43,058 nucleotides of DNA from Octopus bimaculoides (taxonomy: Eukaryota), in contig NC_069001.1 in NCBI RefSeq assembly GCF_001194135.2, positions 4,334,726 to 4,377,783 of the forward strand, read 5' to 3'. The notes beneath the pieces were generated by a model. That model did no database searches. It was not told the origin of the DNA and saw only the letters and a program-made list of their open reading frames with translations. Below are positions 1-13,978 of the stretch, piece by piece; the first letter of the stretch is position 1; each line of letters begins with the position of its first letter. A program made the position numbers and the translations under genes.

Positions 1-2900
1 CTGTAGAAAAGGGGCCGGACTAACTCGTATCACTGGCCGGTGTCCGGGTTTAAAAAACCCGAGAACTATGCCAGCTTTGTAGAAAAAAGTATAAAAATGT
101 CAACTTCAAGCATGGAAGTTGGGATAACACACACGACCCGTGGTAACAAAGCGACAACGATGGGGAAAGGAGAACCGTCTCCTTTAAAAAGGAAAGGACG
201 AAATAAAACTTTTTACATAAAGCTTGGATAAGTCAAAGGAAGAAAAAAAACCATATCAATGTAATCTGCGAAAAGCATTCAAGAATGATTTAGCAAAAAA
301 CTACCTTAGTTGTAGCTGAACAACTATTGGGAAGGGCGACCAGACGGACAGTTCACATAACAGCCTCACAGTAAAAGAAAAAAAAAAACAAAAAAAACTG
401 AGTCGGAGAAATGACCACTAAACACCCGAGAGGAAAGGTAATTGCCTGAAATATGGGCAGATATTTCATCCGTGATCGACAGATTCAGATAGACTTTGGC
501 AGCGATCAGGTTACTGGATCCCTGCTCGGATTCGACTGGTTTGCTTAAAGTGTCCAAGCAGGGATCATGCAGAAAAGACGAGTAGAGAGGCCAGTCTCAC
601 AGAGATGGAACGAGAGAAAGCTGTGCATGACAGGTTAGCCAGAGGCGGTGAACACCCACTAGGTCATTGTCGTCCAGTATCGCCTGACCAGCTTTCCTTG
701 CCGCATTTCCTATCTGAAAAATCAGCCAGTTTGGCCTTCAATTTAAGCAATCTCTTCTTTGTCGATCTCTGCCTTCACAGCTGATTTCATCCTTTGGTGG
801 TTATTTGTTATACCGATTACATATTCGACTTTCAAGTTTTGTTTACTCCTTAAGACACACGATCAATAAAACTTCAAATAAGGCAGTGTATCACAATTGT
901 AGCACTGTCACCACCACTGCAACCGTGATGAGCAGAGACAGCAATAAGTGAATTAGCAAAGTAAGCTGCTACTAGTAAGACCGCCACAACCATCGATGTT
1001 ACCGTCCAAAAGTGAAGTCCTTCTCAAAATGAGTAGCAAATTGCTTTATTAAATCATTCCAATGGTTTACATGTAACAAAACATTCGAAAGGTTTCAGAA
1101 ACGACCCATTTTCTCCTTTATATCACAGAAAACCAGTCATTTAACAAAGGCAACTATGATGATTAAAAGAGAATTGTCTCGTTTAAAAGCTGTCCAACAA
1201 ATCTGCCTTTACACCAAGCTGGGAGAAGTCACTTCAAAACCATATCAACGTAATCTGCAAAAATCCATTCAATGATTCAACTACCTTATTTCACAATGAA
1301 ATCTCTCACTGCCACTACAACCGTCTTTAGCAGAGACAACAACCACAGGAAGACCAAAGTATAATCTACTACTGACACCGCCACCACCTTGATCGATGCC
1401 ACTGCCCAAAACACCAAAGGTGAAACCTTTCCCAAAAATGGGCAACAAACTGGTTTGTATATCAAACCATATCAGTGCGTTATGTGCAAGAAACCATTCA
1501 TCATTCACGAAGCTTTGAGAAAAGTGCTACCCTATTGGTAAGGGCTGTCAGACGGACAATTTCCATGTCTCACGGTTAAAAAAACAAAAAAAAGTATTTC
1601 TCGCTCGCACTATGCGATAAATGAAGGACGACTCACGAAGCAAGTTGTGAAGCTGGTTAGGAAGATGGCACAAATGTCCATCGCAGCCAGGGTTTCGCAA
1701 AAACTGTCCTGAAAACTGTCACGTATGTTTGCGTTGGCTAAAAGCTGACGCTTGGAATCGGCAACCCAAGACCGAGGGGAAAGAGTCCCGATAGAAATAC
1801 GGGCGGACAGAACAGGAGACTAGGGAAAGACTGTTCGGGAGCGCAGAAGTTCACTTCAAAAGTAAAGAACTCGCACAGAAGTACTTCATAGCTCTAATAC
1901 CCAACAGCACATGCAATTTTTAGCCAACATATTTAAGGATCTGTCACATTAAGATGGTTGATGACCTTGAAAAAGAAGTTGATGTAAGGATTCAATAAAC
2001 TGCATCCTTCATTAAATGAAGAGTATACGAAGCCAAATTAATTGTTTCTAAACCCCAATCCCACAAACCCATCAAATCCTTTCGACGAAGGAATAACTTT
2101 CGAGGAAAGTGGTGCAACCGGTTAAATTTGAAAAAGCAAAAAAAAAAAAAANNNNNNNNNNACAGAACATCTGCGTAATCACAATCACAAATCGACCCCC
2201 CCTCCCCCCAAAAAACAGCTACACCACCATAAACAAAACAAGAGCAGCACCAGCAGACAGGCACACACACAAAACACCCACTTCAAACTACGTTGATAAG
2301 TGCAAGCAGGAAACTAATGGCCTTCATCGCTGAGTATCAGGGATCACCAAATGTATAAGCAAGCGGTTTCCTTTTCCCCTTTCCACCAACATGGCGGCTC
2401 TGAACGACTCTGGTGGCTTCTGAGCCTCCATGGCCCCCGAGAGCTATGACAGCTGAGCGCAACATTATCGTAGGTCCTCCGGTGCTGGACAGGTCAAAGG
2501 TACAGAAGCCAGAGTAATATGGATAAACACTGCCCAGAAAAAGTTGGTTTGTGTGGGGGACAACACCCCAACTTCGAAAAAAGTGGAAGCATCGATAATT
2601 AAAAAACCGATAAGACATGGGTGATGAAGGCCTTCCTGCATGGAAGATCCAATGCGGGGTAGCAAAATCAGAAACAAATCTGCAAGTAGGGGACCAACTG
2701 TAGAGAAGCAGAAAAGAGCCCCCGAGTTGAGAACAGGAGGAAACAAAACTTCCATACCTCGACCAACGCAGTCTCCAGTCTTATAATTGCACATTTGACT
2801 TTCCAGTGAGGAGAATTGCACTCAGCCATTCCTTACAGTTGTGGTCTACTTCAGCTAATGGCATATCCACTTGAATGGAACTTCTTACAGAGTAATTCGA
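1..2900 (+). mobile_element. Cluster of degraded, internally repeated retroelement fragments, probably LINE ORF1/5' regions
   Basis: Several diverged copies of shared segments (248-395, 900-1070, 1237-1295, 1310-1595) and an ORF1-like remnant GSAEVHFKSKELAQKY...PTYLR near 1840-1970. No intact ORF. Family assignment is from recall. Confidence 0.45.
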
Positions 2901-5900
2901 CTGGTTAGAAATAAGCCAAATCTTCCTGAAACCGCATTTTACTGTATTGAAAAGTGAAGGTCACATTGGGTAATAGACCTCAATGAATATTGCAACAAGA
3001 ACAAAAAGAGCGGGTGAGGGTGCGGAGTGGTCATTGCTGAAACGCCCTCATTTAATCCCCAAATCAGTTCAGATAAAGCTTATCTACAACAGTAAGAGTA
3101 ACATAAGTAAACCCATTTGGAGACGTCCACTATGTGTTGTCACTGAAGACAGTTACAAAAATCAAGGACAGACCACAATACGAACCATAAATCCGGTTGT
3201 CTGTTTTGATTAAAATAATCCTCAAATGTTCAAGAAAACGTAGATATACATATATAGTATATATATGTTGCTTACATATTTAGCAGATTACGGAAAAAAC
3301 TCAACCAATAGCATAAGCATCTATTTCATGTACATGAATGTGTATATAATATACATGCATACATTCGCTCATACACGTATATTTAAAACAGATATGCACA
3401 TTGAGAAACTATGCATAATTGCAGTTATGGTAACAAGGTTTCAAATCTGGAAATAAGTGTATAGGACGAATAAAAAAAAAAATTTAAGTTACGATTCTCT
3501 TGAAAAGACTTTACCCAAGAAAGTGTGGGGGGNNNNNNNNNNNNNNNNNNNNNNNNNNNNNNNNNNNNNNNNNNNNNNNNNNNAAAGAAAAAAAAAAAAG
3601 GTGAAAGAAATTTTTCTGCGGTCAACATATTTAAGCACTCTCCCCGGTCAGCACATAAAATGTGCAATAACAGAATATATATCGATTAAATCCGAAAAAA
3701 TCCTCACGAACTAAAAGCAACCTAAGGGCGGAGGTCCCCGTTTCCCTTTTTGGCCCACATGGATTGATCTAAGAGAGACAGCCAGTCCTCTCCGATCAAT
3801 ATTGTTTATTTAACTGACCGTAACGGATTTCTACCTCCGAGATTCGAACTATGTGGCCTTCGGCTTTAGAGTGATAATTTGTTAAGATAAAGCCCTTTAT
3901 GGATGCTAAACCATTGGTTACTATGAATGGATATATTACATATAAAATCACACACATATATATATATATATAGCTGTACTTAGAGATGGTCATCTTTAAA
4001 TTAAACATATTTGATCTTCACTTTGGCCTTAATTTTAGTTTGTCAGAGTTCTTTGGTCACACATTCTGTGACCTTTTTAACGAATTTCCCATGTGACTCC
4101 TCTTGTTCCGCCTTTCCCATTTTCAACAAATAAAGGGCGTTTAATTAGCAAAAGAGGACCATCTTCAAGTATAACAATGTTTCAATACAACATTTCACAT
4201 CAAGAATCTTGAAAAACAAATGTGTGTGTTTATAAAGAGTGGATTAGTGTGTGCAAGTCCGATGGTCTGCCAACTGCCACAGCATAAAGTAAACAATGTC
4301 TAGGAAGATAAAAGCGAAAAAAAAAAAAAAAAGTATTATTCGGAGCAAATCCAAGATGCAGTGTAAGTTTTCACTGAAGACTAATTTCATTTAAGTCCTA
4401 CGACCTCAATGGAAAGCAAATACGTATTTGGCTGGTGTCTCCCATCTTGCTTGATCGAGTTCAGAATCGAGTTGTTTACATGGAGTTTTTGGTTCATCGT
4501 CGAAATGCAGTTTCGTATGCCTTTCGTGCAAGTATTTTCATAGATTTTGCTCCGTTCAACTTTCTGGTTTGGTACTGTCAAGACTTTTAAATGTGTCACT
4601 TCCTTTTGGATTATATGACTGACATAATCTTATCTGGATTATAATCTTATCTGGATAAATCAATTATTCCAGCAGGAATTGAAACCACGACAACTTAGTA
4701 TCCAAGCTCGAAACAACTGCTGAGCGGAATAAGAATATTCTACCACTACCGAACATCATTATCGTCTGGTTTGGTCTTCTGGGCCAGGTGAAAAAATTTC
4801 ACACTTGCATTAGTGACAGTTTTTACAAATGTTACTTTATTAAATATCGCTGTTAGAACAGCAGTTTAAAACCGTATCTTAGCCAGCTTAGAAGTGCTTT
4901 GCTAAATAATAGAAGTAGTTTGAAAAGTTACGTAGTTGAAATTTTGAATAAATTCACTGACAACTATTTAAAGACAATTAGTCAAAGCTAATTCCGTTAA
5001 CAGGCATCACGTGTTGTATTTTTAACGTCTTACATGAGTAGGAAAAAACGCGTGATTTTCTACATTAAGCTTGTGTACGTTGCCCGAATTAGTTTAAGCT
5101 TATAAAGAGCGTGTTCATTAAAAGAACTTCGGTTTCCTAACGAGGAAAATTTTACATGGTTACTCTTACCCGAGAGAAGCAGAATAAAATTATAAATAAA
5201 ACACTGCTTAAAAGAGGCGAAGGGCACGGTGGACGGAACACCTCTGACTATAGGTCTACTCAGTAATGACCAGAATCAATATATGTTCTCAAGGTATTTT
5301 GCAATAGGCAAAGAGCTTGCAGAAACTTTCGCTACACAGATGAACAACAGGTTTCGTTGGAAATTGAACTCCGTTCTCTTCAGAATAGAATTCCGAGACC
5401 GTTGTGATGCAAAACATAACCGAGAGAAGACATCATGGAAAGGAAGGATTAAAAAAAAAAAAAAAAAAAATTTTTTAATTTGCACTCACTGACTGTTCAG
5501 AAATTGCAGTCCGTCGTGATGTCAAGATTGTTCAAATATTAATTAAAAAAAACAAAAAACAAAAACTTCTGCAACTCCACAGCGTTGCAAAGAGGAAAAC
5601 CCATTTCTATTTTTTTTAACGTCCTAACAGTACTAGATATTCCCGAAGTCTTGTGTGCGACAAGAANNNNNNNNNNNNNNNNNNNNNNNNNNNNNNNNNN
5701 NNNNNNNNNNNNNNNNNNNNNNNNNNNNNNNNNNNNNNNNNNNNNNNNNNNNNNNNNNNNNNNNNNNNNNNNNNNNNNNNNNNNNNNNNNNNNNNNNNNN
5801 NNNNNNNNNNNNNNNNNNNNNNNNNNNNNNNNNNNNNNNNNNNNNNNNNNNNNNNNNNNNNNNNNNNNNNNNNNNNNNNNNNNNNNNNNNNNNNNNNNNN

Positions 5901-7304
5901 NNNNNNNNNNNNNNNNNNNNNNNNNNNNNNNNNNNNNNNNNNNNNNNNNNNNNNNNNNNNNNNNNNNNNNNNNNNNNNNNNNNNNNNNNNNNNNNNNNNN
6001 NNNNNNNNNNNNNNNNNNNNNNNNNNNNNNNNNNNNNNNNNNNNNNNNNNNNNNNNNNNNNNNNNNNNNNNNNNNNNNNNNNNNNNNNNNNNNNNNNNNN
6101 NNNNNNNNNNNNNNNNNNNNNNNNNNNNNNNNNNNNNNNNNNNNNNNNNNNNNNNNNNNNNNNNNNNNNNNNNNNNNNNNNNNNNNNNNNNNNNNNNNNN
6201 NNNNNNNNNNNNNNNNNNNNNNNNNNNNNNNNNNNNNNNNNNNTTGTATTGGCTGTTGTCTACAAAATCCAAATTTCTGGGTTGAAACGGAAAGAATCAA
6301 CAGTCTTTTTTGTCTTTTTAAGATAAAAGGGTGTGATTTGAGAGATATTTGATGGTTATTTCTAGCTGGCCGGACGACCACTTGATGGTTCATCGTCGAC
6401 CAATGTGAAGGAGTGTCTCACTGGAGCAGGTAGACGTATCACCAATTGCAGGACTCAGCGCTGTGCTTTCTCTTCTTCGATTGAATAAGCTCGCCATTCC
6501 TTGAATTCATTAAAAATAAAATGGGAGCACGTGCCTTCATCTCGTCGAAAGGACGGCAATAGATTTTGCTGGCCGAGGTACTTCTCTCTCTTGCAATCTT
6601 TCTGAACAGCTTTAACTCTTAAATAATAATAATAAATGCCCGTCTCTAAAAAGCACGATCCACAAAGTACAAGAGGACGATTCCATAAGTATGAACCACA
6701 GGTTAAAACAGTTCGTCGCTTTGATTATTAATGACATTGCATAATCAGCCAGTGTTTCGTTACCGTGTGGTGCCGAGTTCGAATTAACGCTCAGTAGAAA
6801 AGTTCGGAATTTTAATAGAAAGGAGTTTTGTCGTTTTATAGAGCCGGGGCAGCTATAATATATTAAACTTATAATAAAACGTCAGTTTAGAAATGACCAT
6901 CCCGCCTTTGTAGGTGTATCTCGGGCTATATTATCTATATTGCTTCTCTCTTTCCCTAAGCGGTAGGACGTGATTCGACAGGGATCTGGCTGCTACATCA
7001 AGCACACCGAGCGAACACATGGAAGTTTTACCGTTGACTACGCTGCAAATAGGCGGGGGTAAGATTTTAAGCTGCATCCGGTAATAGGGCTTTGGTTCAG
7101 GGGTTGCTGAGTTTTTGAGGAGTGTGGAACCGCTTCGTAGTCACTATTGTAGCCAGTACGATCTTTTCAGACATTTGTGTCATGCTGACTTTGCCTGAGT
7201 GTTACGTTAAGGGTATACATACTGCGGAATACTCAGCTAGTTACTCACAACGAAAAGATAATTCAATTGAGGAAATTACTGAGAAGTTACCCTCGAAAGC
7301 GACG

Positions 7305-7308
7305 GATA

Positions 7309-7407
<99 letters not shown>

Positions 7408-7500
7408 TGTATGTATATATATTTGTATATATATATATATGCATACATACATATACATATACATATACATATATATGTATATATGTATGAATATTATGTA

Positions 7501-7532
<32 letters not shown>

Positions 7533-7541
7533 AATATTATG

Positions 7542-7589
<48 letters not shown>

Positions 7590-7600
7590 TGTATGTATAT
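7305..7600. repeat. Compound (TA)n/(TATG)n microsatellite
   Basis: Direct reading; the source of the YIYI pseudo-ORFs. Confidence 0.95.
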
Positions 7601-8164
7601 ATTATTCATAAAGACGATTACGATATTCGGAGCCGTGCTAAAGATAAACACCACCCTTCTCGGCGTGCAGTTTGCGATAGCAAGGTCTTGAAAAGTGTGG
7701 ATTTACCGCCACCAAATCCCATAATAGAAACTATTCTTCAAACCACAGTGTATTTTTGTTTTTCTTTCTAGGTGCCATATTTATAGAAAAATATGAAAGA
7801 CTCTCGTTGTATTGATAAAGTTTAAAGCCCACCAAAACCTTCACTTTTTTTTTTGCTCGGCCTTTTAACTAGTTACCTAAATTTGGTTCGTAATCTATCA
7901 CAGAAAGAGAATTATTTCGTCCGAGATAAGTGTGGGAGTGAGCAACAAAAAAAATTTATCCATAAATACCTACATACATAGATGCATAGATACATACATG
8001 CATGTATGCATGCATACATTCATTCATACATACGTACATACACACAGACATGTATATACATATATATATATATATACATATATACATGCATGCATACGTA
8101 TATACATACAAATATGTATGTATGTACTCATGAATTTCAAGTGTGATGCTAGCTGTCAGGATAT

Positions 8165-8340
8165 TGCCAACAATATGGTACTTTCGATTCCCAGACCGGG
8201 CGGTGCGTGTTGTTCATGAGCAAAACACTTCCCTTCACGTTGCCCGGGTGCATGGGAAACCTGTGATGGATTAATGCTCTGTCCAGAGGTGGGATGGGCG
8301 ATTCCTTGGCCTGCCTGCCAAACCATCAGGGTGAGGGTTA
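8165..8340 (+). mobile_element. Degenerate SINE-like element of a third family
   Basis: B-box-like ttcgattcccag followed by gttcatgagcaaaacacttcccttcacgttgc, typical of tRNA-SINE bodies. Confidence 0.4.
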
Positions 8341-8621
8341 TTCGAAAGCTGCAACAATGCATGAAAGCGTATTGTGATCAGCGACGTATAACATCACCAG
8401 AGAGTCTAGTCAATACTGCGATATTGATTCGAAATGTATTTGTTTTATTTAGTAAGACGATCAATAAGAGCGATAAGGAAAGAAAAGTCATGGAGAATAA
8501 CTCCGATATCAAAATCATTTAATTACACTAAGATAAGAAATCGTTGGGCATTACCATGGTTGGAGCGCTTATGAGTAAATGGATGATGAACAGTAAAAGA
8601 TAAATGGCACACAGATAAATA

Positions 8622-9047
8622 GGCGCAGGCGTAGCTGTATGGTAAGAAGCTTGTTTACAAACTGCATGGTACCAAGTTCAGTCCCATTGTGTAGCACCTC
8701 GGGCACGTGTCTTCTACTATAGCCTCAAGCCGACTAAAATCTTGTGAGTGGATTTGTTAGACAGAGAAACTGAAAGAAGCTCATCGTATCTGTCTGTTTG
8801 TCTATCTATCCATTTATATGTGTGTGTCTATGTGTTTACCAACCATCACTTGACAACCGATCTTGATGTGTTTACGTCTCCGTAATCCAGCGGTTCGGCA
8901 AAAAAGACGGATAGAATAGGTACTAGGCTTACAAAGAATAAATCCTGAGGTCGATTGCTTTGACTAAAAAAAAAACAAAAACTTTTTAAGTCGGTGCTCC
9001 AGCATGGCCGCAGTCAAAATGACTGAAACACGTAAAAGAATAAAAGA
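8622..9047 (+). mobile_element. tRNA-derived SINE, family A (ggcgcagg..gctgt.tggtaagaagcttg...), with internal microsatellite and 3' module
   Basis: A-box-like and B-box-like (gttcagtccc) head. Same sequence as the copies at 10655 and 20255; the 3' module is shared with the copy at 38900-39085. Confidence 0.8.
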
Positions 9048-9082
<35 letters not shown>

Positions 9083-10654
9083 AACGTTATATCATTGTGA
9101 GTTCTTCCATTCGGTTTCGTTTCGGCAACTGGTAATCAGTGAAACACGAGTGATTGCTATTTAATCTAAACAATTACGGTGTTATCATCGTGAGGAACTG
9201 GTTATGACAGGGCGGAGATAGAGGCTGGTGTAACTGGAGACTCTTGGTCAGATAATGCCGCACGGTCGGACGAACAGATGTCTTATACGCATAATACACG
9301 CATAGCACTCACGCACAGACCGACACATGCGCACACGCACACACTCACGGCACACGCGCGCTCACTTACGGCACACACACACACGCCCACACACATCACA
9401 CGAAAACAAAGACATCGCAGACATTACATACACAACGCACATCTCACAAACACACACACAAACCCCCACAGGTCACACACACACACGCACTCACACACAC
9501 ACGCACTCACACAGACACACACACGTTCATCACTCATATACATATGCACACATTCAAACGCACGTACATTCATACGTACACATATACACATACATATAAA
9601 CGCGATCATCCCCACGCACACACATACATACGGCTAGCACCCCCTCCCACATATACATACATGCACATACACAAACATTCAAATAGACACATCCACGCAC
9701 AAAAATTAAAACACACACATTCGCACGTGAACGTACAATCACCGCACGCACACACACAAGCAACGCGTGCGCGCGCACACACACACACGCACAGTTTCCG
9801 TCTACCAAGGCCACTCACAAGGTTTCGATCGCCCCGGGGCTACAGTAGAAGACGCCCGAGGTGCTACGCAGTGGGACTGAAACCTGATCTTGTGGCTGGG
9901 AAGCAAGCTCTCAATACACAATGACGCCTGCTCCTATTCGATATTCTTTGAAAAGTTTCGCTCTTATTGGAGTTATGTCCCTTGATCATTTTTACCTGTA
10001 AAAGGGAGTCTTTTGTGTCTACTAATTGTTTAGTTAACCGAACTTTTTCAACTCACTTTATTACAGATATGAGACCCTATTCTGCATTTCGGTATTTCGT
10101 ATACTTTCCAGACCTATTATTCTTCTGTCATATTGTTGAAATTCGTAATCAGCGCTCCTGTATTCTAGTCACCGCTTCTGTATGTCTGCCGGTCCGTCTG
10201 CTCCTGTGTCCACCCCCTCGCTGCACACAAGGTGGGAGATCTCTTACTGTTCATAGGGTGCAGGCCTCTTTGGGCTCTTAACCGCTTCGATTTGATCCTT
10301 CTTCGTCGCTGGATTTATGAGCAATCCAGATTCACCCATTCAGATAATAACAGACTGTGACAACACCAACAACAACAGTACAAACATTGAAAATGAAAAT
10401 AAAAAGCAATATACGTAGAGTTTGTGTCATTTTGATAATATATTTTTAATAACTGCACAAATTAGTAACTTCCCGTCTCTCAGCCTAGAAAAAAACCCCA
10501 ACGAAAACCAACATAATATGAAAAATAAGAAACAAAAAAAAATTTAAAATTAAAAAACAAACAATTGAATAACCAATATAAAAATAAACCGGCAAAACAA
10601 CCAATCCTTCTGCTACTCAACCAATCAACCAGTTAACAAGTCAATCTAGCAAAT

Positions 10655-10797
10655 AAGCTTGCTTCTCAACCACATGGTTCCGGGTTCAGTCCCACTGCAT
10701 GGCACCTTGGGCGAGTGTCTTCTGCTATAGCCTAGGGCTGACCAAAGCCTTGTGAGTGGATTTGGTAGACGGAAACTGAAAGAAGCCCATCGTGTAT
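10655..10797 (+). mobile_element. SINE family A copy
   Basis: aagcttgcttctcaaccacatggttccgggttcagtcccactgcatggcaccttgggc...gtggatttggtagacggaaactgaaagaagccc; ends at a gap. Confidence 0.85.
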
Positions 10798-12483
10798 ATA
10801 TNNNNNNNNNNNNNNNNNNNNNNNNNNNNNNNNNNNNNNNNNNNNNNNNNNNNNNNNNNNNNNNNNNNNNNNNNNNNNNNNNNNNNNNNNNNNNNNNNNN
10901 NNNNNNNNNNNNNNNNNNNNNNNNNNNNNNNNNNNNNNNNNNNNNNNNNNNNNNNNNNNNNNNNNNNNNNNNNNNNNNNNNNNNNNNNNNNNNNNNNNNN
11001 NNNNNNNNNNNNNNNNNNNNNNNNNNNNNNNNNNNNNNNNNNNNNNNNNNNNNNNNNNNNNNNNNNNNNNNNNNNNNNNNNNNNNNNNNNNNNNNNNNNN
11101 NNNNNNNNNNNNNNNNNNNNNNNNNNNNNNNNNNNNNNNNNNNNNNNNNNNNNNNNNNNNNNNNNNNNNNNNNNNNNNNNNNNNNNNNNNNNNNNNNNNN
11201 NNNNNNNNNNNNNNNNNNNNNNNNNNNNNNNNNNNNNNNNNNNNNNNNNNNNNNNNNNNNNNNNNNNNNNNNNNNCCCCTATCTATCTATCTGTCTGTCT
11301 ATCAAAGGAGAGAGAGCGACAGAGAGAAAATAAGGGAAAAGGATGATGGGGGGGGGCGCGAGGAGAAAGGTTAGAAATAGAAGTAAGAGAGTGAGAGAGA
11401 GAGAGAGAGAAGGAGAAAGAGTGAATGCTAGAAATAATGTCGCACGGATATGTAAAACTTACTGTTAATAAGTTTTAACGATAAGACTGAATGCTTCCCA
11501 ACTGGCGGTGCCCGGAAAAAGTTCTCTTGTTGAGAATTAGGGACAAGAGCAAAAAAAAAAAAAACGAAAGGTGCGAAACTAAATATTACCAATTGGTCGA
11601 TAACTGATGAAGAATTAGGGACCTTCTGTTTTTCTCCTGTTTGGTTTTACATTCAGTATACGTCACGTCGTTATTTTTGTACATTTTTTCATTTATCCGG
11701 TAATGGAACGCAACACACAACAATTTTGTACTAAGAAGTAAGTCTTTTTTAAATATATATTATACTTTACTATGGTACTATGGTAATATATAAAAGTGAG
11801 CCAAAACTAGCGCCCAGTTCTAGTTTTAGGGTTGATATGTATGACTTCCAAATCGGTAGATAATTTTGATTCCTAATTCTTGTTTTACGGGTTGGGATAT
11901 CAAAGAGTATTAACAACATAAAAGATAATCCAGATTAAGTAAATAATCAAAGACGGCAGAAATAACTTGCAAAACAACAAAGAAAGACATAGCTTCGTAG
12001 AAACTGGGCGCTTCTTTATGCTCCCACCCCTCGTATATTTATATCTAGGTAGGTATAAAGATATAATTACGTATATTTGTGTATACATGTATGTATGTAT
12101 ATTCGTACGAATACATACAAATATACATATAGTAGCACACATTCTCTTGCACGTTCCCCATGCTTGTTCTCTTTCTCTCTCTCTCTCTCTCATACATTCA
12201 CATTTTGAGATAGATAAATAGATCGATAGATAGATAGCTATGTGTATGAATGTATCTTGGTCTAAGTAGGAATAATAAGTATATAGGTATTCAGAAACTC
12301 ACCTAACGAAAGATGCCAACAGGATAGTCAGTTCGGCGCTTATGTGGTGAAACAAAATGGCCGCATAAAAATTGGATATACACACTTCCTATCCTTGTTT
12401 CTCTCTCTCATCCCCCCCCGCTTTATGCATGTATGTACGTATGTATGTATGTATGTATGTATGTATGTATGTATGTATGTATG

Positions 12484-12517
<34 letters not shown>

Positions 12518-13462
12518 NNNNNNNNNNNNNNNNNNNNNNNNNNNNNNNNNNNNNNNNNNNNNNNNNNNNNNNNNNNNNNNNNNNNNNNNNNNNNNNNNNN
12601 NNNNNNNNNNNNNNNNNNNNNNNNNNNNNNNNNNNNNNNNNNNNNNNNNNNNNNNNNNNNNNNNNNNNNNNNNNNNNNNNNNNNNNNNNNNNNNNNNNNN
12701 NNNNNNNNNNNNNNNNNNNNNNNNNNNNNNNNNNNNNNNNNNNNNNNNNNNNNNNNNNNNNNNNNNNNNNNNNNNNNNNNNNNNNNNNNNNNNNNNNNNN
12801 NNNNNNNNNNNNNNNNNNNNNNNNNNNNNNNNNNNNNNNNNNNNNNNNNNNNNNNNNNNNNNNNNNNNNNNNNNNNNNNNNNNNNNNNNNNNNNNNNNNN
12901 NNNNNNNNNNNNNNNNNNNNNNNNNNNNNNNNNNNNNNNNNNNNNNNNNNNNNNNNNNNNNNNNNNNNNNNNNNNNNNNNNNNNNNNNNNNNNNNNNNNN
13001 NNNNNNNNNNNNNNNNNNNNNNNNNNNNNNNNNNNNNNNNNNNNNNNNNNNNNNNNNNNNNNNNNNNNNNNNNNNNNNNNNNNNNNNNNNNNNNNNNNNN
13101 NNNNNNNNNNNNNNNNNNNNNNNNNNNNNNNNNNNNNNNNNNNNNNNNNNNNNNNNNNNNNNNNNNNNNNNNNNNNNNNNNNNNNNNNNNNNNNNNNNNN
13201 NNNNNNNNNNNNNNNNNNNNNNNNNNNNNNNNNNNNNNNNNNNNNNNNNNNNNNNNNNNNNNNNNNNNNNNNNNNNNNNNNNNNNNNNNNNNNNNNNNNN
13301 NNNNNNNNNNNNNNNNNNNNNNNNNNNNNNNNNNNNNNNNNNNNNNNNNNNNNNNNNNNNNNNNNNNNNNNNNNNNNNNNNNNNNNNNNNNNNNNNNNNN
13401 NNNNNNNNNNNNNNNNNNNNNNNNNNNNNNNNNNNNNNNNNNNNNNNNNNNNNNNNNNNNNN

Positions 13463-13503
<41 letters not shown>

Positions 13504-13935
13504 GTTCAGTGTACTTAACTGGTAGTTCATTGTTTTTAATGTTGTTGGCCTAGTTTTATGTTTGTATGTTTGTATCTTTGTTTAATGAGAAAGTAAAATT
13601 GTTTTTGTTTTTCGTTTTTTCTTTTTCACCAAGCAGACGACATGTAAACTGTGTATTTTATCTCCACTCGACGGGCAGACGTAAGTTTTATTTATTTATT
13701 TGTTGTTGGTGGAGAAAAATCTCTCAAATTTCAACTGCGAAATAATACGAAGCTGGACTCTGTTCAAAGGATAAGAATCAAGTATTGCCCCCCCAAAATT
13801 TCAATTCAAAAACTAATATATATACATACATACTTATATTTATACATGCATACATACATACATGCATACATATGTATATACATATATAGTCACGCATATA
13901 TATATATGTTTGTGTGTATGTATATACATATATGC

Positions 13936-13978
<43 letters not shown>

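Noticed and set aside
6370-6410. Minus-strand VDDEPSSGRP resembling the mariner transposase DxPRSGRP motif; similar DDEP near 4490
   Set aside because: Too short, with no other transposase motifs or terminal inverted repeats seen.
8622-8700. tRNA-like A and B boxes here and at other SINE heads
   Set aside because: SINE heads with no cloverleaf; not tRNA genes.
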